64,000 nt of DNA from Octopus vulgaris. Taxonomy: Eukaryota. Shown piece after piece: positions 12,730 to 25,135 of the stretch (its first letter is position 1; every line of letters starts with the position of its first letter). The position numbers and the translations under genes are program-made. The notes below the pieces were generated by a model. It saw only the letters and a list, made by a program, of their open reading frames with translations, did not search any database and had not been told where the DNA came from. The stretch is taken from positions 41,168,001 through 41,232,000 of the forward strand of contig OX597826.1 of NCBI GenBank assembly GCA_951406725.2. The letters are read 5' to 3'.

Positions 12730-13103
12730 GGAGTGACTGTGTGGTAAGTAGCTTGTTTACCAACCACATGGTTCCGGGTTCAGTCCCACTGCGTGGTATC
12801 TTGGGCAAGTGTCTTCTACTATAGCCTCGGGCCGACCAAAGCCTTGTGAGTGGATTTGGTAGATGGAAATTGAAAGAAGTCTGTTGTATATGTGTGTGTG
12901 TGTGTGTGTTTGTCCCCTACAACATCGCTTGACAACCGATGCTTGTGTGATTTCATCCCTATAACTTAGCAGTTTAGCAAAATAGACTGCTAGAATAAAT
13001 ACTAGACTTACAAAGAATAAGTCCTGGGGTTGATTTGTTCAACTGAAGGTAGTGCTCCAACATGGCCACAGTCAAATGACTGAAACAAATAAAAGAATAA
13101 AAA
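12730..13103 (+). mobile_element. SINE family B. Other copies near 9093, 18150, 32500(-), 41995(-), 45624, 46044(-), 47480(-), 54240
   Basis: GGAGTGRCTGTGTGGTAAGTAGCTTG...GGTTCCGGGTTCAGTCCCACT head, internal (GT)n, and AAAAGAATA tail. Many copies in the window. Confidence 0.85.
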
Positions 13104-13600
13104 TATATATTCGGGTTCAGTCCCACTGTGTGGCACTTTGGGTAGGTGTCTTCCACTATAGCCCCGAGCCGACCGGAGCTTTGTGATTGAATTCGGTAGG
13201 TGGAAGTTACTGCCGTGTGTGTATGTGTGCGTATAGCTGCTCAGTGCCTCTCCGAAAGAGAGAGAGGGAATATATACACACACACACATGTATGTATATA
13301 TATATATATTATACGTGCATATATAAGTAAATATTTGAGTGTTGGGTATGTTCCTAGAAGTAACAGAGTTTATTTTATGAGATACTCCTTATGACATCGC
13401 CTGAGTAGATGCATATGCACTGAGGGATGCACCACAACCAGTTGTACAGAATCCCATCCATGAGGGATCAATGCAAGATGCGTCGAAACAATCGTTGTGA
13501 GCAATAAAATTTCTCATACATTCCATTTTCCATCTCGATCATTTGTTACATATATATATACTTACTTGGAAATGGATGTGTCAATTTCAATTAAATAATA

Positions 13601-13638
<38 letters not shown>

Positions 13639-14459
13639 GCATATATGGGTACCGGACATCACCAACAGTGCAAATGAAGGGAAAATGAGTTCCATTTTTT
13701 TCTCGTTTATGTATATTACTTGTTTTTCCCTCATTTGTTTACATATTTCATGTTATTTGCACCATTGGTGACGTCCTGTACCCATATATGCATGTATATA
13801 TAATATTATTATTTAATTGAACACAACACATCCATTTCCAAGTAAGTTTGTCTCCACCTTTTTCATGCAACTCTCTACTCTATAGTGTTTTCTTCCTCCA
13901 TCCTTCTCTAATTCCCTTTTTCTCCCCCTCCTGCCTTCACACTTTTCATCATCCGTCTTTCTTTTTCTCACGTGACCATCTTTCTTTTCCTGCATGGATG
14001 TTTAAACGAGTGGACATGTTTTTCTCTCTCTCTTCTATCTTCTCTCTTTTCAAAACAAATTGTTTCTCCCAGCATTCACTATTTTACTTTCATTCTGGTC
14101 TAATGACCCTCCATGTTTGTTTTCTTTCAGTTTCATTGTACATCTCCACTGTCATTTTTTTGTTCCCAACTTTGACCCTCCATAAATCTTTAATTTTGTT
14201 TTAGAATTTTTGGAAGCAACTGTCTTTGAAGACTCATATTGTTGTTGAATGCTTGAAATGAGGCATAGATAGACAGCCGACAACTGATGAATAGTCCTTT
14301 CCTTGTGTTAATTTGTCCTGTTTTCCATTTTTCTCTCGTTTACATATATTACTAGTTTTTCCCTTGTTTGTTTACGTATTTCATGTTATTTTCACCATTG
14401 GTGACGTCCTGTACCCATATATGCATATATATATATATATATATATGTTATATATTATT

Positions 14460-14509
<50 letters not shown>

Positions 14510-14557
14510 GTATGTGTGTGTGTATGTAATATATATATACACATTATTTATTATATA

Positions 14558-15811
14558 CAGGGGTTGGACAAAATAATGGAAACACTTTAAAATTTCAAAC
14601 AAATTTATTTTACTATGGAGTAGGACCACCTTTGGCAGTAATTACAGCTTGAATTCTGTGAGGTATGGACTCGTACAAAGTTTGAATTGTTCCCAAAGGA
14701 ATTTTTGTCCATTCTTCAGCTAAAACAGTCTCCAGTTCTTGTAGTGATGGTAGTGTAGGATATCAACTCTTTATATATTTTTCTAAAATGCACCATAAAT
14801 GTTCAATAATATCAAGATCTGGGGACTGTGGTGACCAGATAAGATGTTCAGCTTCACTAGAATGTTCCTCATGCCATTCAGTAACAACTTTAGCTGTGTG
14901 AATTGGTGCATTATCATCCTGAAAGATTGCGTTTCCCTCCGGAAACAGTTCTGCAACTATAGGTTGAATTTGATCAGATAAAATGCTTAAATAGTCTTGA
15001 CTGTTAATTCTGCCATGAAGGGAAACCATTGAGCCAGCGGACTTCCAAGATATAGCCCCCCCCCCCCGATCATTACAGGTCCTTTTCCATGTTTAACAGT
15101 TAAGAAGGCAGTCTGGGTCAAATGCTTCTTTTGGCTGTCTCCACACATACTTGGCTGGTGGTCAGAAATAAGGTAAAGGATGACTCATCTGAGAAAATAA
15201 CATTCTTCCACTGCTCTAGGGACCAATTCTGTAGGTTTTTACTCCACTCTAAACACTTTGCAAAATTTGTTCTGAAAGTAGTGGTTTTCTGATTGCAGCC
15301 CTCCCATGACATCTGGCTTTGTGCAGCTCCCAACAAACAGTTTTTGTGGAAACTGGGTTCTCGAAGTGGTCATTAAGCTCTGCAGTAATTTTGGGAGCTG
15401 TACTTTTGTGATCCTTTCTAACAATTTGCATAAGGGTCTGACAGTCTCTTTCTGAAAGTTGTTGTTTTCTTCTAGAGTTTTGACTCGGCAAGGAGGTTTT
15501 TCCCTCTTTCTCAAAGGCTGTCATTACTTTTGAAACAGTACTTCTTGACACACCAAATGTTTTGGCTGTTTTTGTTATGCTAGCGCCTGCCATATGAGCA
15601 TCAACAACTTGACCTCTTTGAAAGTTCAATAGATCTGTCATTTTAATGAATTTTAATTACCTTTTTCTGATGATATCTGAAAAGAAACAGCAATTTTAGC
15701 AAAACATATTAAGCAATACTAATAATAAATTTTAAAAAAAACATTAAAATGGTTTTATAGATATTTCAAAGTTATGATGCTAGGTGTTTTCATTATTTTG
15801 TCCAACCCCTG
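14558..15811 (-). mobile_element. Full-length Tc1/mariner transposon with DD36E triad (Incomer-like); transposase frameshifted
   Basis: 28-bp TIR CAGGGGTTGGACAAAATAATGGAAACAC (1 mismatch), TA TSD, 1254 bp. Minus-strand ORFs give an HTH N-terminus (ATG 15641), VIFSDES, and FQDDNAPIH...SPDLDIIEHLW. Confidence 0.93.
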
Positions 15812-15894
15812 TATATATATCTGTTTATCTCCACAGCACACACACACATACATGCATATACATATCTTTATATATATTTTTTTTCACTTGTCAG

Positions 15895-16067
15895 TGGACC
15901 TTGGGCAGTAACAAGAGAAGTCCTCCATGCTGAAGGAATTCCAGGTCTCTATAAAGGTTTGACCAGTACTATACTCAGAGAAATGCCTGGATATTTCTTT
16001 TTCTTTGGTGGTTATGAGTTGACCCGTCATTTGTTTATACCAAAAGGTGGCACTAAAGAGGATGTGG
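15895..16067 (+). CDS. SLC25A15: SLC25A15-like coding exon 3
   Basis: Acceptor ttgtcag. Encodes GPWAVTREVLHAEGIPGLYKGLTSTILREMPGYFFFFGGYELTRHLFIPKGGTKEDV. Donor GTAAGG at 16068. Not present in the ORF track. Confidence 0.95.
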
Positions 16068-16121
16068 GTAAGGTTTTGCTGTTTTATTTTTAAAAATATT
16101 TATTATTATTATTATTATTAT

Positions 16122-16600
16122 TTTGTCTAATTTTTATCACATGGTTTCACTGCACTACCAAGTACAGTTCTGTGTGCCTTGGGTATGTGTTGTGGCTTGT
16201 TTTTCATGGTGCTATGAAAGTGCTTTTCATAGGATGTGTGCAGTGCCTAGTAGTGCTCTTTACTGTATGTTATATATATTTATAAATCCTAGTATTTTGG
16301 TTATGTATTTGTCTAAATTTTTTTTATTCATACTTAATGCACCTATTATTACAGGGATTGTTTCTGTTTTTAGACTCCACATTCAGTTTATTTCTATTCT
16401 CAGGTCTTTGTATTTTGAGAGTTTTTTCTGTTTCTTTTAGAAATACATTGTCATCTGTTGGGTTTGATATATCAATGAAGAGGCATTTTTTTTTCTTGAT
16501 GATCTCTGACAACTATATCCAGTCTATTGGCTTTGATTTCACTATCTGTGTGTATTGGTGTATCCCAGAGCATGGTTGCTTTGTCATTTTCTGGGATATG
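16122..16600 (-). mobile_element. R4/Dong-like LINE 3' fragment with (TAA)n tail
   Basis: The minus strand reads ...KCLFIDISNPTDDNVFLKETEK...PVIIGAL...ALLGTAHIL and ends at the (TTA)n tract at about 16100-16121. Confidence 0.7.
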
Positions 16601-16893
16601 CCTGTACCGTCTTTTCTTGTTCTGAGGTTAAGAAATTCATGTCTTGGAGAGAAATAGGATGTATGAGCATCATTCCTTTGGAACTCCCTTGCTGCTCATA
16701 ATTTTCTTGCTATCATTAGCCTGCAATAAATCTAGTGAAATGTTAGTGACATTAATCTTACAAGTCTTGGACGATCTACAAACGACGATGAGAGGTGGGG
16801 TAACTTTTTAGTGAGGCAGGCAAAAATTTCCGAAAAAAGGTCCTCGGACGAATCATAAGTTCTAATTCTTAATTCTAATTCTTAAATCTTATA

Positions 16894-17406
16894 TCTATAT
16901 ATATAAAACTGTAGTTGTGTGAGTGTCTGTCCCCTTCGATTTAGATTCCTAACTACTCCCACATTTTGCGGTGCAGTTTAACCAAATTCGGGTATCTTAT
17001 AGTCGTGATTCATATCGAGCCCGTCTGAGTATTAGCGCGCGTCTACAATGAGTCTACGATTTTTAAAATAATTTAACATCATTTTATATTCCATTTTAAT
17101 GCATAATTTTTCGTGTGTCGATGGCGGCGGAGTTGGCGTCCATGGTCACACCTGCACCTGTTTGCTTCTCCCCCTTCTTCCCTCCCTCGTGAAGCTGTGG
17201 GGAAGGGAGTGTAAGGAAATCAACGTCGTAAAGCGTTGTCAAGGAGACCAGCGTTCTTTTAGAACAACGACTTCATGGCTTGAAGACACCAAAACAGAAA
17301 TGGCTAAGAAAGCCCGAATTGGCATCTATAAGGGAAGTAACTCTCTAAAAATGCTTATATAGTTATTTCCCTTACAAACCCGAGCAACGCCGGGCGATAC
17401 TGCTAG
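16894..17406 (+). mobile_element. Non-autonomous Helitron
   Basis: A|TC start. The last 65 bp or so are identical to the 3137-4276 element (hairpin plus CTAG|T), but the 5' end differs. Confidence 0.88.
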
Positions 17407-18699
17407 TATATTATACATAATTCGATATACATTAATAAAGATAAGTCTAACATATTAAATTAACACGTCACATCATTAACGCTGCCCCTGAATTTAGGAC
17501 GTTTATATTACTTACGAAGTATTCTATATTTTTCAGCTAGAGTCTACTTGGGTCTCAAGGGGGCGGTACAAACCTAGCAATATGTGTTTTATAGTGAAAA
17601 CAAAATTTCCATTCGAATGGCAATTACCGAACGATTTTCTGTTCGAGTCTAACCGTTTTAAGTTGTAGTGGAAACGCGACCCATGTCGCAAAGAGGCATA
17701 CGAGTATTGTATATATTTTATAATTGAAAAATTTACTATACTTTGTACATACGAGTATCCCAGCCTGTGGGTGCAATTGCACCCTCGGACCGGGGTTTCT
17801 CCACCCCTGCTCTAGACCAAACCAATAAAAACAAATCCATACATTAATGTAGTTATCTCCCCTTAACTATCATTACATATTTAACACTATATTATCTGAT
17901 AATTTTAAATAGTAAGGAAGATATTTCTTGCTACATAATTTTCTTTGTGTAGTTGTTTGACCACGGAGAAGATCCTTCTGCTTCTGCTATTGGTTTTGTT
18001 CTTATTGTTGATAAAAATGTGGTTTTTGTTGCTGTTTCTCTCTGTCCGAGTTTTTTAATAATAATAATAATCCTTTCTACTATAGGCACTGGACCTGAAA
18101 TTTTGTGGGAGGGGACTAGTCGATTCAATTGACCACAGTGCTCAGCCAATAGTGAGAAGTTTGCTTCCCAACCACATAGTTCTGGGTTCAGGCCCACTGT
18201 GTGGAACCTTAGGCAAGAGTCTTCCACAGTAGTCTCAGGCCAACCAAAATCTTTTAAGTGTATTTGGTAGATGGGAGCTGAAAGAAACCTGTTGTATATG
18301 TGTGTATATACTACACTCTCAGAGTGGTTGGCATTAGGAAGGGAATCTAGCCGTAGAAACTTTGCCAGATTAGATTGGAGCCTGGTGCAGCCTTCTAGCT
18401 TGCCAGTCCTCAGTCAAACCGTCCAAGCCATGCTAGCATGGAAAGCAGATGTGAAACGATGATGATGATATCTGTGTGTATGTCTTTGTGTTTGTTCCTC
18501 ACCGTTGCTTGACAACCAGTGTTGGTTTGTTTGTGCCTCTGTAACTTAGCAGGTCAGCAAAATAGACTGATGGAATAAGTACTAGGCTTAAAAAATAAAG
18601 TACTGGGGTTGATTCTTTTGACTAAAATCCTTCAAGGCAGTACCACCATCATGGTTACAGCCCAGTGACTGAAACAAGTAAATGATAAAAGATACATGC

Positions 18700-19030
18700 A
18701 TGCATGTCTGAATGAAACAGTTATCATGTTTCAACCAGCACCAGGCACAGCCTATGTGGAACTTTCCATCTACATCAACAGGAAGAACCTGAAGGTTGTT
18801 GACAACTTCACCTACCTCAGAAGTACAATACATCATCAATGTTCCCTCTACAATGGAATATCTTTCTGTCTTAAGAAAACCACTGATACCTTCTCTATTC
18901 TTCAAGACTATATGTGATCTCAGAAAGGCTTGAAAAAGAAAATGAAAATACAGGTCTATAACACTTGTGCTCTTACAAACTTTCTTTACACTTGTGAGAC
19001 CTGGGTACTTTACAGGTGGGTTGCTTCCAC
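18700..19030 (+). mobile_element. RTE/BovB-like LINE remnant
   Basis: ETVIMFQPAPGTAYVELSIYINRKNLKVVDNFTYLRSTI matches the RTE post-RT motif F.YLGS.I. Confidence 0.7.
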
Positions 19031-20499
19031 CTGGACTGCTTGAGACTGATCTAGGGCATTCACTGGATCTCACATGTTCCAGACACACACATGCACATGT
19101 ATGCAACATGCACACACACACACACACACACACACATACATAAATATCATCCTTTGCTACCTGGAAGAGAGAGTGAGTGGAGAAGAAGTTAGTAGAGAGA
19201 TGAGGTGGTATCAAAAAGTCGAGGGTCTCAGATATAAATTTAACAAGGACTTGAGAGACAAAAGACCTGAAATCTAGCTATGAGTATATTGTATCTGCCA
19301 GATTCTATCTTCCCCTCCATGTTAATGTTTATTTTACCATGCCTATATGAGGGGCAGATCAGGGCATGTCATTTACCATAGCATTAAACATCCAGTAGTG
19401 CATGTTTGCCTCATTCTTTTCTAGTCTTTGTAATTTTTCTGCATTCGAGACCCACATCTTTCTACCATGCAGCATCACAGTTCATACACAAGGACCATAT
19501 AATCTACAACTCAGTCTGAGACAAACCCCTTTGTTACCAACAGAAGAAGTAACAGATCTCTGAATTTTTTTCCATCCTGTTCTTACTTTGGTTACTATGC
19601 TTTCAGAACATCCACCTCCACTGATAATTTGGTCACCTAAGTAACAAAAGCTATCGCCTGCTTCTTAGATTGTTACACTGGGATTTGAGAGAATCTATTT
19701 TACATCTGCACTGAAGTGTTTACTGATTGTGAACTTCGGTTGCATACAATGTTTACCTTCCCTGTTAGCCTGACTGTCACATCTCTTACATGTCCATAGT
19801 TTACACTGTGTCCATTGTAGAAAATTTCTCTTGACCTTTCTCCTGCATTTTGAGCCTAGCAATTTTTCTGGTGTTAAAAAGGATCTATTTTCTCTCTGTG
19901 AAGTTTACATTCTAGATTATACAGTACTTCTGTGTCTGGAATCTTTCTAACTCTGCCACAGATTCTACTATAAGGATTAGATCATCAGCATAAACAAGTT
20001 CCTATGGACAGTTGGTATTAAATTACTCTGTTGTGACCTGTAGGTTTTATGATTAACAGGGAGCTGGTTTGTGTACTGAACCCTGATGAGGTGCCACTTG
20101 CATGTTATATACATTACTGTACTCATTACTTTAACTTTGCTCACTGCACCTCTACATGGCTTGTGTGTGTGTGTGTGTGTCTTTGTGTCTCCTCTTGGCA
20201 GCATGCAAAGACTGTAAAAGATCATTACCATCATAAAAGCAGTATTCCTCACTTCCAATCTTCTGTAAAAATATGTCTAGCCATGGGGAAAAAATTACTT
20301 TGTGTGAAAACAAGTGAGGGTTTGTGACAGGAATGGAATCCAGCTGTAGAAAATCTGCCTTAACAAATTTTGTTTGACCCACGCAAGCATTGAAAAATGG
20401 ACATTAAAATGATAATGTAAGTGTATAAACTTGCACACATGTTTCCATTGAATTGAGTTATTTTATTATAAATGTTTCATCTGTTTTGTCATCTACCAG

Positions 20500-20661
20500 G
20501 CCCAGTAGGAACCATTATTAGTGGTGGAGTTGGTGGACTAGCTCTGTGGACAGCCATATTTCCAGCTGATGTTGTTAAATCTAGGATCCAAGTTCAAAGC
20601 ACAGTTGGTAAAGCAGCACCAACGTTTTCATCAGTATTTTTTTCAGTCTTAAAAACTGAAG
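20500..20661 (+). CDS. SLC25A15: SLC25A15-like coding exon 4
   Basis: Acceptor ctaccag. Encodes PVGTIISGGVGGLALWTAIFPADVVKSRIQV...LKTE, with the third carrier signature. Donor GTTAGT at 20662. Confidence 0.95.
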
Positions 20662-21882
20662 GTTAGTCTCTTAATTTAATATTTTCTTCTTTATTTTTGT
20701 TTTTGTTTTTCAGGTTTTTCATTTCTATTATATATATTCTTTTGTCATCTCATTATTATCAACATCATCATTTAATCTCTGCCTTCCATTATGGTATTAC
20801 TTGGATGGTTTGACATAAAAAGCTCTCTGAACTTTTCCCACCCTTTTCTTATTCTAGTGACTATACTTTCAGAACATCCTCCCCCACTAATAATTAGAAC
20901 ACCTAGGTAGCAGGAATTATTTACTACCTCTAGAAAACCTCCTGGGCTCTTGAGAAGAATTATTTCTCATGTGTTTTTAGTGTTTATTGGTCTTGTGCAT
21001 CTTCCACATACAAAGTCTCCTTTCTCTGTCAGCTTTCATTTAATACCATTACACCTCTTGAGTTGATTATGAAGAAAGTCATGCCTAGCATAGTTCCTAG
21101 AATAAGAACAGGATGGAGAAAGTTCAGAGTTCTCTTACCTTTGTTGATAACAAATGGTCTTTCTCTCAGAGTTGTATTATACTTGTGTGCAAACAACAAT
21201 GCTACATAGTATTAGGACATGGACCCTGAATGCAGAGGACATACAAAGACTAGAAAGAAATGAGGCTTGTACACCCCATTAAATGTGCATCAGTGTGCAC
21301 ATACAACAAACTGAAAATATGTTAAAAGGGAAATTGGACATAAGGGGGATGAGATGAAATGTGGAAGGGAAGACTGTACTGGTATGAGCATGTGATGCAT
21401 ATGGATAAGGACAGCTGTGTAAAGAAGGGTTGATCACTTAAGGTAGATGGAGTTTGTGGAAGAGAGATTCAGGAAGAAATGGACCTCAGGACTTTGAATC
21501 TCACAGAGATGACAAAGAACCAGGACGATTGACTATATGTAGCACTTGAGAAGACCTGCCCATGTTAGTGAAACTGAGGTTTTGAGCCCCTTGCATAATT
21601 TACTCACCAAACCTTCTTCTCTGTCACTTACCTAAATGCAGTGTTCTGCTGCTGTGATTAAATGAGGGCAAAACTACATGTTTTTTCTATGATACTTCTC
21701 ACAACTCAGATCCACTTCACTTAACATCCATCCTTCTTTCATATCATTGATTCTCTCCACTCATATTTTACATCAATCACATGGTTTCAGTTTCAGTCCT
21801 ACTGCATTGGAATGAATTTGGTAGATGGAAACTGAAAGAAGCCTCTATATATATACATATATAATGTGTATTATATATTATA

Positions 21883-22266
21883 GTGGAGGCGCAATGGCCC
21901 AGTGGTTAGGGCAGCGGACTCGCGGTCGTAGAATCGCGGTTTCGATTCACAGACCGGGCATTGTGAGTGTTTATTGAGCGAAAACACCTAAAAGCTCCAC
22001 GAGGCTCCAGCAGGGGATGGTGGTGATCCCTGCTGTACTCTTTCACCACAACTTTCTCTCACTCTTACTTCCTGTTTCTGTTGTACCTGTATTTCAAGGG
22101 GCGGCCTTGTCACTCTCTGTGTCACGCTGAATATCCCCGAGAACTACATTAAGGGTACACGTGTCTGTGGAGTGCTCAGCCACTTACACGTTAATTTCAC
22201 GAGCAGGCTGTTCCGTTGATTCGGATCAACCGGAACCCTCATCGTCATAACCGACGGAGTGCTTCC
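21883..22266 (+). mobile_element. tRNA-derived SINE family A, long-tail variant (OR1-like)
   Basis: TSD ATTATATATTAT at 21870-21881 and 22267-22278. Nearly identical to 30956-31344 in the opposite orientation. Confidence 0.9.
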
Positions 22267-22562
22267 ATTATATATTATCTATGGTTATGCATGAGTGTGT
22301 TTATATTTGCACTCTATGAAAGTCTCAAGCTGCAAACAGCAACGGTGTCATTTCTGCTGTCAATAAATCATCTACTTGCCTCATGCCTTTGAAGACAGGT
22401 GAAATTAAGAGACCCCTCTCTTTAAAAACAAGTAAAGGTTAGCAACAGGAATGGTATCTGGTTATGAAACAATGCCTCAATAATGAGTATTTGTCTGACC
22501 CATAGTAGCATGGAAAATGGACATAAAATGAATTAGATTCATAAAATGATTTAAGTGAATTA

Positions 22563-22616
22563 GAATCTCCTATACATTCTGAATCTCCTATACTTTCTGA
22601 ATCTCCTATACTTTCC
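22563..22616. repeat. 18-bp tandem repeat x3
   Basis: The unit GAATCTCCTATAC(A/T)TTC(T/C) occurs at 22563, 22581 and 22599. Confidence 0.9.
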
Positions 22617-22698
22617 TTATCACTGTCATTATAAATGTTATAAAGAATGTAATGAGTTAATAAATATTACAATATTACTAATTCTTTTTCTTTTATAG

Positions 22699-22829
22699 GA
22701 GTAACAGCACTATACAAAGGTTTGGGGCCAACATTATTACGGACATTTCCATCCACTGGAGGCCTGTTCCTCACAGTTGAGTTGACCAAGAAATACATGG
22801 GTCTCACTGCTGATTATTTCCATTTGTGA
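22699..22829 (+). CDS. SLC25A15: SLC25A15-like coding exon 5 (terminal)
   Basis: Acceptor tttatag. Encodes VTALYKGLGPTLLRTFPSTGGLFLTVELTKKYMGLTADYFHL, TGA at 22827-22829. Total CDS 76+388+173+162+131 = 930 nt. Confidence 0.95.
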
Positions 22830-23206
22830 TAATCCTTGAAACTCTGCTAAATTGTAGTTCACTTGATATACTGCAAGACCTTAAAAAACAAAAAGCATTG
22901 TAAACATGTTTTTGATCTGAAAGCTAAACAATATATTCATGGCCACAGCTCATGAGCTGAAACTAGAATCAATCATGAAGGAATCGAAGAAGGATCCCAT
23001 AGGTGTTCACTCGATTTGCTAGAAATAGCAGCTAAATTTCTCTTAAATCACTATTTTACCATAAATAAAAAGACACCTCGACAAAAATAATAGTAAATAC
23101 ACAATGGCTGGAGAAAAGTTGGGATGGTCACAACTGGAACACTTTTAATCATAAATTTGCTCCATCAGAGCTAAACAATAACAACAACGTTTATGGAATT
23201 CTTTCC

Positions 23207-23278
23207 AATAAAGAGATGATTATTTTTGTTTACAACATATTTGTAAAATAAAATTGAATATATCGAAATTTTAATAAA
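23207..23278 (+). terminator. Candidate polyadenylation signals of the SLC25A15-like gene
   Basis: AATAAA at 23207, 23247 and 23273, followed by T-rich sequence. Which one is used cannot be determined from sequence. Confidence 0.5.
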
Positions 23279-23788
23279 AACTGTTTATAAATGGAGTTTT
23301 TTAAATTACTTTTTTATATTTTCATTGCCATGGCTGGTAATAGTGAGACATGTTTTTATTGCATTGAGTCCAAAATATTTATATAATCATTAATGGATCA
23401 TTGGATCACCATGTTTAGACTAAGCCAACAAGGGAACTGCTAGGCCACTACTCAGTCTGCTAGAAATAACTATATCTCCCTTAAATCACACTCTATTTTC
23501 TTAAACAATTGAAAAACACAAAGGATTGTGTTATATCCTTATGGAGAAATGAATACACTACAATAGTGTAATAACAATATAATTGAAACAAACGGCAGTA
23601 ACCACACGGAACGGACTGTAACAACAATCTTTTAAGAATCAACAATCCCACATGCTAACTTGAATTGTGAACTGTGAACTATCAACACTCAAACTATGGA
23701 ATTATTTATTTAGCTTTTTTTTTAGTATCTCTTTCGTTTGGACATTATCTCAAAGTGTTCAGTCTGCTTTCTTTTTCTCATGCTGGTT

Positions 23789-25135
23789 CTATGGGACTCT
23801 TATTACTTTTGGTACCAGTACATTGAATATTTCACAGAATACTTCCATGGGAATTTCTTCCTGATCTTGGGTATGCCTCTTCCTTAGTTGGTTTACATGT
23901 CTCTTGTGTTCACTGTGTGACCCTTTAATTAGATGTACTTCCAATTTTTCTGGTAACAAAGCCATCTTCCCAGCCTTCTTTACCATTTCTATAGGTTTTG
24001 CACTTTATCACTTATCTCAATGTATTTCGTTAGCTCTTTCATATTTCCTTTACGTCTTTTTTTCTCTGGTAATAGCTTATCAAAAATGGATTTTATTCTT
24101 CTTGTGAACATCAGTTCTGTGGGAGACTTCCCTGAATTTGTACTTGGATTGGGGGTCACTCTGTATATTCTTAAGAAATTTGACAGTGCTTCATCGTGAC
24201 TTAATTCATTCACTTTTCTTAATGCTCTCTTAAAGATGTCCACAAATCTTTCTACCTGCCCATTTGACCTCAGGTGGTGAGGTGGAGTGAAAATATGCTT
24301 TATCACATGCGTTTTACAGAAGTTCTTGAATCTATACCTAGAGAACTGTGTTCCGTTGTCTGAAACTAGTGTGTCAGGGACACCATATTCTTCAAACAAT
24401 TCGTAGAAGAACTTTATGGCTGTCTTAGAGGTTGGTCTATAGCACCTGCAAACCTCCAGCCACTTAGTACAACTATCTACTACGATTAGGTAGTAAGTGC
24501 CATTCATTGGTCTGGTATAGTCTGTGTAACCTAGACCATGGGTTCTCTGTCACTAGCCATGATTGATATTTTACTGGCAGGGCTTTGGCCACAACCTCAG
24601 CATGTTCTCACCAAATTGTCGATATCTTGGTCCATAGATAGCCAGTAGACATAACTCCTCTTCAGAGCCTTCATCCTTGTAATTTCTAGTTGTTTGCCGT
24701 GAAATTGTTGCAATACACCTTTTCGTAATGTAGTTGGAACCACCAATCTGTGGGCAAACATCAGAATATCATTGCAAATTGATGGCATCTGAATTTTTAT
24801 TGTTTATTTTTTGAAAGCTTCTTTTGTTTTCGTAATATACTCATCAACTACAGCTTTCATTCTTATATCCTGTGCCATCACTGATAGTTCTTGGATAATG
24901 TTCATCATAACACTTTTAATTTAACTTTCTGCCAGCAGTGTAGCTATAAAAGTCTCTTCTACTGGTTCCATACATTTTGGAATTAATCTCAAAAGGCAGT
25001 CTGCATGACTGATTTTTTTGTGATGGTATGTATTGCATTTTGAAATTATAATTTACGCCCCAACATTGCAGGCAGTTCACAGTATGAGTTAGTAACCCTT
25101 CTTTAGACCCATAAATTGACAGCAAAGGTCTATGG
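23789..25135 (-). mobile_element. Ty3/Gypsy LTR-retrotransposon pol remnant (RNase H end, zinc finger, integrase)
   Basis: Broken ORFs: RLVVPTTLRKGVLQQFH...RMKALKRSYVYW..MDQDI; YLIVVDSCTKWLEV...YGVPDTLVSDNGTQF...SNGQVERFV; KRHVNQLR. Confidence 0.9.

Noticed and set aside
18588-19214. 208-aa minus-strand ORF
   Set aside because: It is a chance antisense frame spanning a SINE, an RTE remnant and a (CA)n tract.
21885-21960. tRNA-like sequence
   Set aside because: It is a SINE head that continues into the repeat body with a TSD, not a tRNA gene.
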